From assembly GCA_964035545.1 (NCBI GenBank), contig OZ037769.1, forward strand, positions 7,793,929-7,857,928: 64,000 bases of DNA, in the 5' to 3' direction. Every line of letters starts with the position of its first letter. Positions within the stretch are counted from its first letter, which is position 1. The position numbers and the translations under genes are program-made. Source of the stretch: Bugula neritina. Its lineage: Eukaryota; Animalia; Bryozoa. The notes beneath the pieces were generated by a model that was not told the DNA's origin, did not search any database, and saw only the letters and a list, made by a program, of their open reading frames with translations. Positions 23,410-37,704 of this stretch are shown here, piece by piece.

Positions 23410-26400
23410 ATGACTGGCGATATGTAAACTTGACACAGTTGTGTGGCCATTGTTGAGCTTTATAATATTATTTATTATCATGACACCTTGGGTATCAAAA
23501 AGCATTTAAAACGTTTTGTTGCAGTTTCTACGAAGATGACGAATTTGCACGGTACATTAAAGATGTACGTTCCAGTTATTCATCTTTTGCTAATGGAAGT
23601 GGTAAAGGTAAGCCCACTTTCTCTTGAATAACACCGAGGTTGTTGCCTGCAATAGTTTCTGCTATGAAATTTATTGTTTCTGCTCTAGAGCCAGTGAAAG
23701 CTGCTAACAGTAGCATCAGCACTGGGAATGTAGAGAATACTCGGACACCCAAAACAGTTCAGACGGCTCCGCCAACCTCATCAGTAAATGATCTTCTGAA
23801 CCAAAATCAGCGAGAGATGCCAGATGGTTTGTAGTTATCCAATCTCTTCTGTGATCATTTTCTATCAATGCATAGTCAAGAATCAATCACTGTTCACAGT
23901 TAGCTCAACAAACTCTTATTTCACTCTAATTTGTATTATTCTTCAAATTTACATTCTTTAGAAGAAATAGAGAGAGGACTTGATGTGTTGCTGCTTTGTT
24001 TATTCTTTATTGAATTTTATTTTTTAACTTTGTTGATGTATGAAAATCCAGTCATGGTTTATCTTTACAATAGTTCAGTCATCTCAATCCTTTGTATTGG
24101 CTGAAGAAGAACCTGATTCGTTGCATTCGCTACTCACCCATCAACACACTCTGTCTGCAAGTATTAATGGTAATCTTATTTAATAAGTCTTTAGCCCGCT
24201 TTAACAAAAACCCTTTCCATCAGGGGTTTCTCACAGGAATAGCGACTATAAACTTGTATGAGTTTTTCTTTAGTTTGTGTGAGTTTATTTCTATATACCA
24301 GTGTTCAATGAGCTGTCTTATCCAGTTTATTTGATTAGTTGGCAAAATGCCAAGTTTGCTTGTTTAGAAAACTTCACAAAATTGCTCAGAGGCATTGAAA
24401 TTGTGTGTGGAACTAGAAGTTTGTTTTGGAGTTTATTGCGAATTATATATATCAACTCTACATAGTATTAGCATACATTATTAGCCATTAAAACTCAACA
24501 ATTCAACACTTAATCATATTTTAGAGGCTCCTGGGCTCAGGTTTTTTGTTGAAAAATCTACCCAGCAATACGTGATAGATAAAATGGCATGAGAAATTAG
24601 AATTGTTATGTTATATATGATCGACTGTGGTCTTCAAAATGTCCATCACTGCACCCACATTCAAAGCCATGTACTAAATAGTTGCCAACCTTTAAGTTTT
24701 TATGCCGTATTTAGAACCCATTTCTTAATGAATGGGATGTATAAGTATATGTATTTATTATGTATGCATATATGCATAATATTGTTAACAAATTACGTAC
24801 ATATATGTATGTAATTTGTTAACAATTTTTATCAATCTAGCAATTGTGTTTTTAGCCAGCCCAAGTGCGTCTGGGATGTCATTAATGTCGACAGCCAGCA
24901 AACACCATCCTGGTGAAAGTGGAATTTTCTATCAAATGAAATCAAAATCTGAAAGACTGTCTTATCTTTTCAAGTCATTTCGCAAAGGTACAGAGAGCAG
25001 CACTTTATAATAATTATGTTAATTATACATCTACTATATTATATAATTTATTATACAATGAAATTATTATAAAATATATATTTTCGTACAAATTTAATGC
25101 CATTATATAATGCATTTATTATACAATATATTTGTTGTCTCATACACTTATCATATAATGTGTTAATTATACAGTTATGTAATTATTATATAATACAATA
25201 ATTTTGTTATATATAGGATATATGTTTTGTACAATATACTTATATAATATATATAATATTATATATTCACTTAGGTACTACTAAGCTTCGTGGAAACAGG
25301 TCCCAGGTGTTTACTGATGACAATGCCAGTTTAGCTTATGAAGAAATTGTAAATGTTCAATCCGATGACAGCGAAGCAGGAAATCTGGCAGCTTTACCAG
25401 ATCCTCTGCAACTACATGGTAATTCCTGTCTGCTTGGTGAATAGGTTTCGGTTATTCTGTCTAACAAATGTTCTAGAGTTGAAGTGATGAAGTTAAAATC
25501 TTTTGTCCTATTATATTATTTATATTACAATATGTCTTTAAACTTATAATGTAAGGTGGAATATAGTGTAGGCAGATTTTTTTCACTGATGGTTAGCTGT
25601 GTACAAGTGTATAAACCAACTCTGATTAAAGCCAAAATTATGTACTGCAAACTATATTTACGGTTGCTATAATATTAAACACCAGGATGTATCACATATG
25701 CTTTTTGTACGCCATTCAGATCAGGAAGGGATGCAGCGAATATCCACTGGCCATGCTTTTCAAGATGAGGGACAGCCTGACAACCTCCCAAGCTCATCAT
25801 TCAGCATGACTTGGTACAAAGGTTTAAGCATCGCTATAGGTACTGGCTGTTTTCTGGCAGTAGCTAGCTCATCACCTCTCTTTCTAGGCATCAGCTGTGG
25901 TGAGTGTGAAGACTATATAAACATAAGGTTTTTGTTCTGTTTTACTCATCACACTTTTTTGACAACTTTGGCAGCTTTAAATTGTTATTACATCTTGAAA
26001 TAACATACCAATTTTTAAAAACTTGAAGCAGTTTCTGCTACTGAGAATTCTTTCCACACCATTAGAAATGGCGATGTGTATTGCTCATCTCTCTCACCTT
26101 TCACCGCTATGTCCTGATTGGGTGGCAGTATTTTGCTTAACATCCAGTTCAAACACACTTTCCTATCTCACTCAGTCACCTAAATCACTTTAGTTGAGGT
26201 CTAGCCAATGGTGGTCAGCTTTGATTGTGTCACTCCACTGCTGTTTTAGCTGCCTGCGCCCTTTGCTGTCCTCCACTCTCATATTGTACACTCTCCTAAT
26301 CTCGACAAGCATGGCCATACCATTCTAGCCTCTTTGTTCAAGACATCTCCGATTGGCATAATATCTGCTTCTGTTATCTCTTCATTTCTTTGGTGTTACC

Positions 26401-29400
26401 ACGCGCATGTCAAAGAGGCTACCAATATCTATGAGAGTTCCTGTTACAGGCCAGGTCTCATTCCCGCATGTTAGGGTTGGTCATATGGCAATCTTATATA
26501 TAAAGACGTTTAGGTGTGCTGGCATTTTTTTGTCACAGAGTACTCTATTTAGCTCATATCATTTGCGTTATGACCTAGAGATATGCAGCTCAATTTCCTT
26601 ACGAAATCCTTCCTGGTGAATAGTGGTACCTGGGTATTTGAACCATACGCTTCTAGGTAATGTTTCCTTTTTTCTGGCTTGTATTTCTTCATCCAGATGT
26701 TGTCATCCTCACCTATTGGTGACAGATACTCTATCTTCAATCTGTTTCTTTTGAGTCCGACACTCCCCATTCTCCTCTCTCCACACTTCCAGTCATTTTT
26801 CCAGATGTTTACGGCTACTGTCACAGAGCACCAAGTCATCTGCAAATAACATTGCTCAATTTTTCTTGTAATATGCGTAAACAAGACATCGGCTCAGTGG
26901 TAGATCTCCCTTTCTGAAAGCCATATTGATTTCCTTTGATGTTGACAATAGGTCTTAGTTTTCCTTCACTCACTCGTTCTAGAGGTTTGGGGCAGTGGCT
27001 AAGGAGTTTGATGCCCCGATAGTTTCCACATGTTAAAGAGTCTCCTTTCTGTTTAAATATTAGTGTTATTATGCTTCTTTTTCATTCTTTAGGTATGCCG
27101 TCTCTCTTTAACGCAGAAATGATGTTATCCAATTTATTCCTCTCTTTTTAAGCAGTTTTATTAGATCGATTGAAAGTTCATGCGGTGCTCCAGCTGGTAT
27201 TCAACCTTTTGGATTTGAAGATCTTGGACCAGGCCTTCAGTTGGTGGTACTGTTTCAAGCTCCTCTCTGGTTTTTTCGGTATTCAAGAGAGTGCTCCCAC
27301 ACTTCTCTCTCACTTTAATGTCAACACTCAAGATACATTCATTTTCAACCTTCACAGAGAGTTTGTCTAAGTCCTTGAACTTCCGCTCTCCAGTTTTAGC
27401 CAGACGATAAATCTTCTTTGGACCATATTCAGCCAGCTCTATATGAAAGTTCTCAGGGAGCAGCTGTGGTCTTGGGGTTAGAGCGTTTGCTTTGTAAACA
27501 CAAATTCATGGGTTCAAACTCTGACAAAAGCCATTGGTGATGTTAGGAAAAGCACCCAGTCATAATTGCTCCTGTGCCTTATATAAATAAGTCTTTAGCC
27601 TGCTTAAAACCCTTTCAATCAGGGGTTTTTACGCAAAAGTGGTGACTATAAATTTGCTTGAGTTCCATGTGAAGGTTCTCATTTGAGTATTATGTCAAGC
27701 CCACACTTGTACTTGCAAGCCTTGTTACAAATCCTGTTGATCTCTCTATCCTCCTCAGTAAGCGGTCTGTAAGCCTAGCCTAGCGTACAAACTCTACAAC
27801 TTTACTCTTGTAACACGGATAAAATGAACAAAAACAACTTTCTTTCAGTGACACAATTACACAAACAATGCCTTTGCTATATCAGCTGCCCAAGCTGTAG
27901 GTGTTGTAATTATTTATCATTATAGGTTCCTTTGTAACATACGTTCTGTTGAAGACATACACGTGGTTACTGAACCCAGACGTGGTGGTTGTGTACTTAC
28001 CCTCAGCTACTGATAATAACTCTAGGTTTAAATATTCTCCTCTCCAGAACCTTCCACGGAACACCAACGAGTCAGTAGAGCAGAGTGTACGAGAGTTTCA
28101 GGTATCCTGTATATTGTTTGTATACATATGAATAGTAGAAAAATGAACTATTTAGCTAGGGGAGACAATCTAATTCTTGAATTAATTTTCTAATTTTGAA
28201 ATATATTTCAAGCATCAGCTTGCATTTAATTCTGTATTTCTCAACTGTAAATTTTTTTTCAATTGTATCTACCAGCTGCTTCATTAATACATATATACAA
28301 GAAAATCATTAGAGCTCATATTTTTAACTTTGAATAAAGTAACAACCATATTGGGTTAGACTGCGTTGCAAGGAAGAAAATAGCAATTGTGCAAGATGGA
28401 ATAAATTTGTGTGTATTTGCTCACAAGACTTACTTAAACACTAGCTATCAAGACAGAACTAAATAAAATTACTTAATCACTAGTTATTAAGCTGTATATT
28501 ATGATCACAATTAACACTATCTGTATGGCATTGCAAGAAATAGCAGCTGCTTATTTATAGGGTTGGTTAAATTTGTTGGAGTCTGAAATATATGATCCAG
28601 AGACGTACCACATATCCAACACAGAGACAGTTTTTGCGAAGCTAGAAGACATGTCTCTGAGACTGAAGAAACCGTTGCAGTCTAACATACCTAAGAGAGC
28701 TACTTGGAATGAGTCTACTCATGACGTCACCTTTGTTCAGCAAGTCAGTGCATTCTAGAAATTTGTCATTTGTTATTTTTTTATACATTTGCCTAAATAG
28801 TTTTTCTTTTCCATAAAGTCAAGTTTTTATTTGCCATATGTATTAGAAAAACACTGAATTTGTTTTTAATCAATGCATGAGAGGTTTAAAAGGAACAAAA
28901 ACTTTTTTCTTAGCCCGATTTATTCTCTTGCGCTTATACAACAGCAAAATCTCAACATCTAACTAAAAACATTACAATGAAGGCCTTCTATGTATTTTAC
29001 AAAATAATTTGATTTAATTTTTTTAAACTATTTTATGTAATAATTTGAATTTTTCTGTAGATTCAAGTAGATATGAGAAACTATGCAGTTGAGCTACAAC
29101 CCAACACGCTGAGCATACCTAGACTGTTCAGCAAGAGATATCCTATCTGCCTCATTCATAAGAGAGCTGTCTCCGATAACAGAAACACTCAGTCTCATTT
29201 TCTCGGTGTTCAAGGAAGGATTCCTGACGTTATTGTCCTATTTAGTAGGACAGGCAGGGAAAAGGAAGAATGGTATAAAAGGTGTGTATTAGCTATACAT
29301 GCTCTCATTTCGTATATCTGCGTTACTGGTATTTCATTGCAAAGCAACTCTTTAATTTTTGCTGCAGCTTTTAAAATAAAGTCAAGAGATATGAATATAC

Positions 29401-32400
29401 ATTTTATTTTTAAATTACCTAATGGCTTGGTACTTAATACATAATATTATGCTGCATGTGTATACAAACTAATTAAAGTAAATAAATGTGATGGAATATA
29501 TTAATTGCTGGGGAAAAGGAAATATAACTCCAAAGAGTAATCTTTTCTCTTGCAGTTTTATACCAATCACTTGCTATGCAAAATGACATTTTGGAAATTG
29601 CCAGTGTTGCATTTTGTTAAGTTTTGTCATAGGTTATAGGCCATATGCTATAGATGTATCTTATAATAGGTTATAAATCTCTCTTATCATGTCTAATCTA
29701 TATCTGGCTGGTATTACTATAGATTGGTACAAGCTAGCAGAGGTCAGCCAATCACAACCATGGTACTGGAGTTACAGAGACTGGTTGGTAGACAAACAGA
29801 AATTGATGCTGAAGAGAACGGCAGATATAGACATCGGCCTAGGTCTGGACTCGAGACATCCAAAAGTCGTAACAAGGTTGGTTGGCAGCAAAACCAACGA
29901 CCAGCTAAGCGTTGGCCTGTTTATTTTTTATACCAACAGAAAAATTTAATTGATATGAGTTGAAGCTAGTTCGTGCATAGTATCGTCATATATATAATTA
30001 AACTTTCCATTTTCTTTGAAGAAAGACCAGCTGTTCTACAGAGACAACAACCAGCTGCTCATAGACTACATGAAGTATATGATGAACATCATTAAAATAG
30101 GCTTTCAAGTTGACCCTGTAGCGTCCCCTGAGTATCACAGTGGGTTTCCGAGAGGTATTCTACTATTACTTGTACTGTGAGATATAACTGCTACATATAT
30201 GTTGTTGTGTATGGAGTAGCTGTGGTCTAGGGGTTAGACTTGAGAGCTTTTGCCTAGTAAAAACGAAGTTATTGGTTCGAACCTCGACAAAGACCATTGG
30301 TTATGTTAGGAAGAGCATCCTGTCATAATTGCTCCTGTGCCCCCATCTGAACAAATATTTAGCCCAATTTAACAAAACCTCTTTCCATCAGGGGTTTTCA
30401 CAAGGATGGGGACCATAAACTTGTGTGAGAGTTTGTTTATATACGCTATTGTGTCATGTATAAGATGTGGGACTCACTATATTATTCATAGACCCGAGAG
30501 CATCTGACAGAGTTAGTGAAAGTTCTCGCAGAACTCGTAGTCGATCTCCTCACTCGGACGTTTCCAGCACTGTCTCAAAGAAGATATCTCTGGCTACAAC
30601 CGCCGACACTGCACTGAATATGGCACCCGCTATAGACTGTGACACTGGTAAGTGCAGGAGTTTGCGCTAACTCCGTAGTATTCACCTGAATTATTATTAC
30701 TACCCAGTATCATTTTATGTCAACGTCTTTATAAGAAAATAAGTATCTGCATTGCCTTGGAATTTTTATGCAAATATTCCATGTTGAAGAAAACAAAGTA
30801 GGTATGAAAATTTGATTTCGTGTAACAAAGTAATAGCTGAAGGAGTTATCGTTGATTATGATGTTACACTAATAAAATTAATGTTTGCTACGGAGTCTGA
30901 TGCTTATAGCACTAAATGACCTTGCAATTAATGTCACAACAGCTGAGTTTTGCCACTTGCATAATTACTTACTGTAATATAAATTTATATTTCATTTGTT
31001 GAACTATATATATTAACAGGGTTTCTATAAAACACAAATATAACTCTATTCCATTGGTATAACTTTACTATTTCTATCTTCAACAAGCACTGTATTTGCT
31101 TACCAACAGGCACTATGTGGGTCAACGCTCTACTACAGAGAATCTTCTTTGACTTCTTTAGAGAAGAATACTGGACAAGTAAAATATGCGCTAAAATGCA
31201 AAAGAAACTGAATAAGATCAATGTATGTCTTATTTATAGTTCAATTGTTTTGACTATGTTTGTTTGCTTGTTTTCCCTCTCTCATCTGCTACAACATATC
31301 TTTTTATTTAACCTTCCGCTGTAGGTGTTGTTAGCTCACTTACTAAAACATACCTTAGTTATTGCTAGTATCCAAATGGGAGACAATCTGCAGAAAATGC
31401 CAATCAACAGTAAACAATTTCATGTTTTCGGCAACATAAGTACAACATTATTTATTTTATTATTGACCTGCAAGCAGTGGTGAAGGTGTAGGAGTTATAT
31501 TTTGCAACTCATGTGATAAGACAGGCTTATAAGACAGTTACCCTACTTTCAGTTACCCTACTACATTGGCCCTTTGGCTGTCAGTGAGCTGAGTCTAGGA
31601 AACAGCCTGCCACTGCTGCAGCGTATTGGCCAGCCATATCTCTCAGATGATGGACTCTGGGTTGATAGTCAAATCTCCTACACCGGTAGTGCACAGATGA
31701 CCCTTGAAACCAAGATCAACCTGAATGGATTGATGAAGGATAATGGCAGTTCCGCATTTAAATCCAACAAGGCGTAGGTTTTTTCTTGTTTTTTTGGCTG
31801 TCATTTAAGATTTAAACCAATTATTTACATATTTTTACTGTTTAATAATGTGTTTTATGCTTTTTTGTTCAATTACAATAAGTTCTTATGTATTTGTGAA
31901 AGAATATCATAATAATATAGTAGTACTTTTATTAATAATGTAGTAATATATTACTATATTATTATTAATAATATAGTAATATTGTAGTGAATTTTGCAGT
32001 TCACTATATTATGTGTGGGTCAACTTAAACAAAGCCACTACACCAGGTTGTTTACGCTAAGATAAGTTTATTATTTACATGAATACAAGAAGGTTTATTT
32101 ACTGCTAACAAGAATAGAAACGATTACATAATTAGTGAGCTTTAATACACAACTACTCTAAATGAAGTCCCAAGCTGCTCTGCCGGCTAGGCTAGCTACT
32201 CAGCGCACTGCCACTACGAGTAGCTAGCTCCACCTGCTATCAATTAGTGTGTCCGTCCTGATTGGTGGTTACTAGTGGTGCCACTGCTGTCCATAGCTAC
32301 AGGTCGATGTAGTCGAACTTACAATATAATATACAGTATAGAGTGGACCTTTTCGATTAATACTAATATGATTGCACCACTAAAATCTATCACAATATAT

Positions 32401-33838
32401 TACTATATTATTATATTAATAATATAGTAATATATTACTATACTATTATTGATAATATAGTAATATATTACTATAATATTTTTAATATTAATATAGTAAT
32501 ATATGACTAAAATAGTTTTATTTAACTTAAAAGTTTACCCGGAATCACAATGTGTTCCCATACACTAACCACAAAACAAGTCAGTTATTTGCTGCCATTT
32601 CTTATGCAGAGTTACTATTACTTTAGTTCCAGAGTAGAGCGTAGTGAGGATCATTCTGACGACTCCCACACATCATCTGATGAGTCGGAAAGTATCAATT
32701 CACCCCTTGCCAAGTGAGTATCAATACACCCCTTGCCAAGTGAGTATCAATTCACCCCTTGCTAAGTGAATATCAACACACCCCTGGCTAAGTAAGTATC
32801 AACATACCTCTTGCCGAGTGAGTACCAATGCACCCCTTGCTAAGTCGGTATCAACACACCCCTTGCGAAGTCAGTATCAATACACCCTTTGCTAAGTCAG
32901 TATTTTAACACTAGTCATTTCTAGCTAAGTAAGTGTCAACTCATTCTTTTATTAGTTAGTACCAGCACATCTTTATGTTGCAATAAATGTTTATCTAAGA
33001 ATATGTGACTACAGATGTTGAAGTGTTGAAGCCAACTTATGTTAACTTTCAGAGACCCAAAGAAAGGAGAACACAAGGTTACGAAGTTCTTCAACAGTTT
33101 AAAAGAATCGAAATATTTTCAAAAGTTAGCAGATACGAAGTTTATGAAATCAGCCATGGATAAAGTCAGCAACACGCCTCTGAAGCTGACAGTAGAAGTG
33201 AAATATGTGTCTGGTCTGTTTAGTTTGAACGTACCCCCTCCTCCCACTGATAGAATATGGTGCGTCATGTGCTACTTCAAACATTATGTAACTTGTATTA
33301 TTATATACACTGCTCTCTTCATATCTCACGGATCCAGTTTTCACAAAATGGGCGAACTCAACGGATCTGTGAGTTAAATCTGGTATTCTACTATGTCACG
33401 AGTTGAGGTTTCAGGACTCGTAGCTTAGTGAGATACGGAGGGTGCACTGTATATGTAAATTGCATCACTGTTTGACTTATGCCATAATTAAAGTTATATT
33501 TGTTTTGTTTTTTTTCTACATGATAGCTTATGCATAAATATAAAACATTTAGGTAACTGTGACACAATTAGCCTGATGGTATATGTTTTATGCACATTAA
33601 TTTTAGGTTTGGGTTTCGTGGTTCCCCAGAAGTGGTTATATCTGCAAAACCTATAGTTGGTGAAAAGTACGTGCATCTGGCCAAGTTGTCACTCTGGATT
33701 GAAGAGAAGCTGACAGGAGAATTCCAGCGAGAGTTTGTGATACCAAATATGGTGGAGATTCGGTCACCAATTATGTGTGGAAACTATAAGTTTTCTGCAG
33801 CTAAATCAAAGAGCAAGCGATCTAAGACAACCATATAG
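23410..33838 (+). CDS. TEX2: Testis-expressed protein 2 (PH-like plus SMP-domain lipid transfer protein), multi-exon; 5' exons less certain
   Basis: GWLNLLESEIYDPETYHIS..LRLKKP..NIPKRATWNE; RLFSKRYPICL; LFSRTGREKEEWY; WVNALLQRIFFDF..KMQKKLNKI; VSELSLG; NVPPPPTDRIW|FGFRGSP. Exon phases were checked at most junctions from ATG 23410 (MTGDIFYEDDE). Confidence 0.9.
24180..24266 (+). mobile_element. 3' fragment of the SINE family
   Basis: AATAAGTCTTTAGCCCGCTTTAACAAAAACCCTTTCCATCAGGGG...ACTATAAACTTG shared with the full copies. Confidence 0.65.
26085..27440 (-). mobile_element. Decayed RTE-like LINE fragment (reverse transcriptase and 3' end) in a TEX2 intron
   Basis: Minus-strand remnants FKQKGDSLTCGNYRGIKLLSH..LERV..LR....NQYGFQKGRST and GLKRNRLKIEYL, with many stops. 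Confidence 0.75.
27456..27664 (+). mobile_element. tRNA-derived SINE with Meta-like central domain
   Basis: A-box-like GCTGTGGTCTTGGGGTTAG, B-box-like GGTTCAAAC, central TGGTGATGTTAGGAAAAGCACCCAGTCATAA; four near-full copies in the window. Confidence 0.8.
30213..30432 (+). mobile_element. SINE, same family
   Basis: GAGTAGCTGTGGTCTAGGGGTTAG..GGTTCGAACC..TGTTAGGAAGAGCATCC. Confidence 0.8.
31983..32394. mobile_element. Solo LTR with ATAT TSD in an AT-rich tract of a TEX2 intron
   Basis: TGTAGTGA...CTATCACA; ATAT at 31979-31982 and 32395-32398. Confidence 0.75.
32691..32902 (+). repeat. 26-bp minisatellite (about 8 units) spanning a TEX2 exon end and splice donor
   Basis: Unit GTGAGTATCAATACACCCCTTGCCAA. 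Confidence 0.9.
33308..33449. mobile_element. Tc1/pogo-type MITE with TA TSD
   Basis: Left TA-CACTGCTCTCTTCATATCTCAC versus right reverse complement TA-CAGTGCACCCTCCGTATCTCAC. Confidence 0.65.
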
Positions 33839-34260
33839 TGAGCAGTTTGAAAACTGTGAATTTACAAACATTGTTTTTATGAAAATTATTTATCTTGTTG
33901 ACAGGCAACAGTTATAACATTAAAACTGATATACCGTGCAGTTTTACACAATAAATTAAAATGCATATTACATAAACAGCTTGTTATATTTGGTGTGAAT
34001 ATGATGTATTGTGTACAAATCCCAAAGACAAAACCTGGTCACTTGATATGTTTTTGAAAATAATGGTATCACAGGGTTTTATTTAACTTTGAGTAGATGA
34101 TAGTTTATCCCACAATTGTCAGGCATAGTGTAATGGCGATAGAGTCTATTTATAGATGACATTACAATAACTTTGGCCGGGAAACAACTCAGTAGTAATT
34201 TTATACCTAGTGGTTATTATTATTATGTGTCATGATGGAAGTTGCAGAGCATATGAAATG

Positions 34261-37200
34261 CTAAACTACTCGGTGGTGCAGGCTGTAGTCTGACATGTAA
34301 TTTTCTTCTAGCAAAGACTTCTGTTTTCTTTGTCTTTTGTATAAATGCCATAGAGCGCCCACAATCTCTGCTACTATGACATTGTTGGTGTTGTCCTCTA
34401 TCATGTGTAAGATCAGAGTGCCATCTTGTCGCAGGTAGTTGCACACAAAATCGTGTAAGGCCTGCCTCGATATCTTACTTCGTACGCACATGCTGTGGTT
34501 GTATTTACGGAGATGGTTTAGTACGTACTCTCTTCTGTTTGGTATGAAGGCATTCCACAGGTAGTTGAATATACTGTATATATTGACGAGAGAAATTAGA
34601 CAGAGCCAAAACCACAGAACCAGGTAGACTTTCTCATTGAATAAGTTGATAGGCAGTGCACATTGAACTGTGAAGAGCTGCACGTTGGAGAACTGTCGGA
34701 TATTCACGTCACACAAAGTCACTCTTGGAAACAGCTTGGAGTTGTGGTATTTCTGGGTGATAACGTCCTTGACTGCATCAATCCCGTAGAACATGTATCC
34801 CTCACCTATAAACTCTCCAAGGAGAAATAACTGACCAATGCTGCTCACAGCGTAAAGTAATTTAGTGAATAGATGGAGAGTAGCTAGATAGTTCCCGTAT
34901 ATCTTGCCACAGCAAAGTGAGCAGTATTCAGCTAACATCTGGCTGTATCGGGGAATACAACCGCGTCTGTATTCTTGCTGGTATCGTATCGCTCTATCCA
35001 GATGCTTTGATATATAACTGATACATTGGTCTCGCACATCCGGGTTCAGGTTTTCCATACCTAAAATCACATTACATTACGACTTGATTTAGCTTACAAA
35101 AACCTCTGCTTGTAGTTAATTTGCTGAGCTTTTGTGTTCAAAATTCAATTACATATCCTTACTCTAACATTATTATGAGAATTCTATTTAGATCAATATA
35201 AACAGAAAAAAAACGTATTTATAAGCCAACAGATATTGAATTATTTTACTGTTTTAGATAAAATGGGTTAAAATTGAAATTTTACAATTACGCAGAGATG
35301 TCTCAAGTATATTTTTTTACAACACACTGTCTATTTTATTTTGAACATAGCAGGTGGTAAACAAATCCCCTACATCTAGCTAAATGATACCACAACATGT
35401 CAACATATAAATGTCAGTATTACCTAATCATTGAGCATTAACATTAGCCCTTGTGATTATTTGAATAAGTCTATAAGGCTTAACACCATTAATTTTAGTG
35501 TAAACAAAAAAAAATAAAACTGGCAAGTAGAGAATGACATACTAGTTGTGTATTAGTATAATATATGGACATATTGAGACATTTTCTGTAGTAATTAGCG
35601 GTAAAATCTCAACAAATAAATTCCGAAAGGCTTAAGAGACATTCATTAGCTAATTGAGATTGTTTAATTTTTGCAGAGACACACATTTAGATATAAATAT
35701 AAGACTGTATTTATGTGAGCCTTGTTGAACGGCATATGAAACTGAAGTAGGGACACTGTATCTCACTGGAATGGAGTTATACAAATTTGGAAGCACAAAA
35801 GCATGGTTAGTAGCATATACACTATATTATGTACAGTTGAGGCAACTAAAGGATGCGGAAAGCTGTCTTGAATAACTCTCTATTTTTGAGCCCCTCTCTA
35901 CCCAGAGTTCCAGCAAGAAGTTACCAAAAGCATAACAGCAGAATCAACTGAAGGTATATGCAGAACGTAAATTTGTTTGTTTTGATGCAACAATGGAAGA
36001 ATTAAGAAAAGCCGGGGTTCTAGATGAGAATTGTACCAAAATGAGAATTTCAACCCAATATTGCCAAACCAAAATTTATTAAAGAATTTAAAAAGTTGGG
36101 CCATTGAAAATGTTTCACTATTGTCTTATAGTTTAAGATACTTTTTATAATTTACTCACCAGAAAGAAGTATGGCTACTTTGTTAACATTTAATCCACTT
36201 TTTCCGCTATTGATACGCCATAACAGGGAGGGGAAGTAAAACATGGCTGCCTGAAGGAGGAGCACCAGCGGTATCCATTGATAGTAAGTAACAATATCTT
36301 CTCGCGTTTCACTGGGCATTGGTGGGCGTCTGCTCATCGGTATGTAGTACGTATTGGATATCTTAACAGCAAAATGAAAAATTGTGAGATTTAACCATTT
36401 CTTTACAAATTAACTGCAAGGAAGCGTTGAATTGTAAATCAATTTGTAAGTAAAGCTAAAAGGTAAAATTTTCACAGTTTTCATGCAAAATTTCAACTTA
36501 TTTCAACTTTATTGAACCAATTTAAATGTGAATGAACTTTTTATAGCAATATTGTTTGATGGAAAACAAAACTTGAAAGAACATTGTTTTTAAGCATCAT
36601 CAGAAATCAGATAAAGAGAAATTTTATGCTAGGACTTCAAGTTTTGTGTTAAACTGCTAACACAGTCTCACCCAACAAAGATGGTTGACGTAGTCAACCA
36701 TTGAGATGGTAAACTCTGATGGAGGAAGACAGGCTATGGGGTCTCCAACATACTGCTTGGTGCTGATTATTAATGTTATCATCGTTATTCCAATGACAGA
36801 ATATCTGCAATACAAGATCAGCTTAGTTTAACATTCTACATAGCGAAGGTATCATATATAATAAAAATTTCTTAATTTTCAAGTGGTACGTAGGCGAAAT
36901 AAAAGGGAAAGTTGAAAATACTTTTTATACAGACAAAAAGTTTTGCAAGAAAAATTGTGCTCTTGCAAAATTTTGACTATATATATATGCACACCTCATA
37001 CCAAAATCTAAAAAGAGAATTAAGAACACAGTAATTATTATAGTTTTTTCATTGCTGCTAATTCTAATAGAAACTATAAAATATTGATTTTAAGAGATAG
37101 AAGAAGTATATAACATGGAACCTGGTTCACAATACAAGTTGTATTTTCAAGCATGATGATTTTCCCAACTACAGTTTGAAATTATATCAATTCAAAGAAA

Positions 37201-37704
37201 TTTTGCGAAAGAATTATATTATGCAATTAGTACATGAGCAGCTGTGGGGACAGAGGGGTTAGAACGCTCACTTAGTAAACCCGGGGTCACGGGTTTGATC
37301 TCTAATAAAGGCTATTGGTGATGTTAGGAAGAGCAGCCAGTCATAATTGCTCCTGCGCCTCATATAAATAAGTCTTTAGCCTGCTCAAAACCCTTTCCAC
37401 CATATATAGGTTTTTACGCAAAGGTAGTGACTATAAACTTGCTTGAGTTTTTTTATCATTTCACAATTAATATTCATGTAAAAACTGTTTTGTAAAACAG
37501 TTTGTCTTATTGCAATAATTGAGAGTATCTATACATTTTAATGTACATTACAATATAGCAGTATAAACCATCTTACCTGCTGTTCAGTTTAGATGGCAGA
37601 TCTTCATCCCAGCGCTGAGCAAACTTTTTAATGTTGGAGAAGGAAGATATGAACTCTTGGATAGAGTAGAACATATACGACGCGTCAATATCGGCTACAG
37701 GCAT
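34261..37704 (-). CDS. Innexin (gap-junction protein), 4 coding exons; start at 37704 or 37674
   Basis: RWDEDLPSKLNSRYS; STKQYVGDPIAC; NHLCW|ISNTYY; YYQWIP; FPRVTLCDV; QCALPINLFNEKVYLVLWFW; YLRQDG. Confidence 0.95.
37236..37450 (+). mobile_element. SINE, same family, in an innexin intron
   Basis: GAGCAGCTGTGG..GGGGTTAG..TGGTGATGTTAGGAAGAGCAGCCAGTCATAATTGCTCC. Confidence 0.8.

Noticed and set aside
27456-27530. tRNA genes at SINE heads
   Set aside because: Only A/B-box remnants, divergent between copies and followed by a common SINE body
27668-27860. Possible small solo LTR after the SINE
   Set aside because: No convincing TG..CA pair with a TSD could be found
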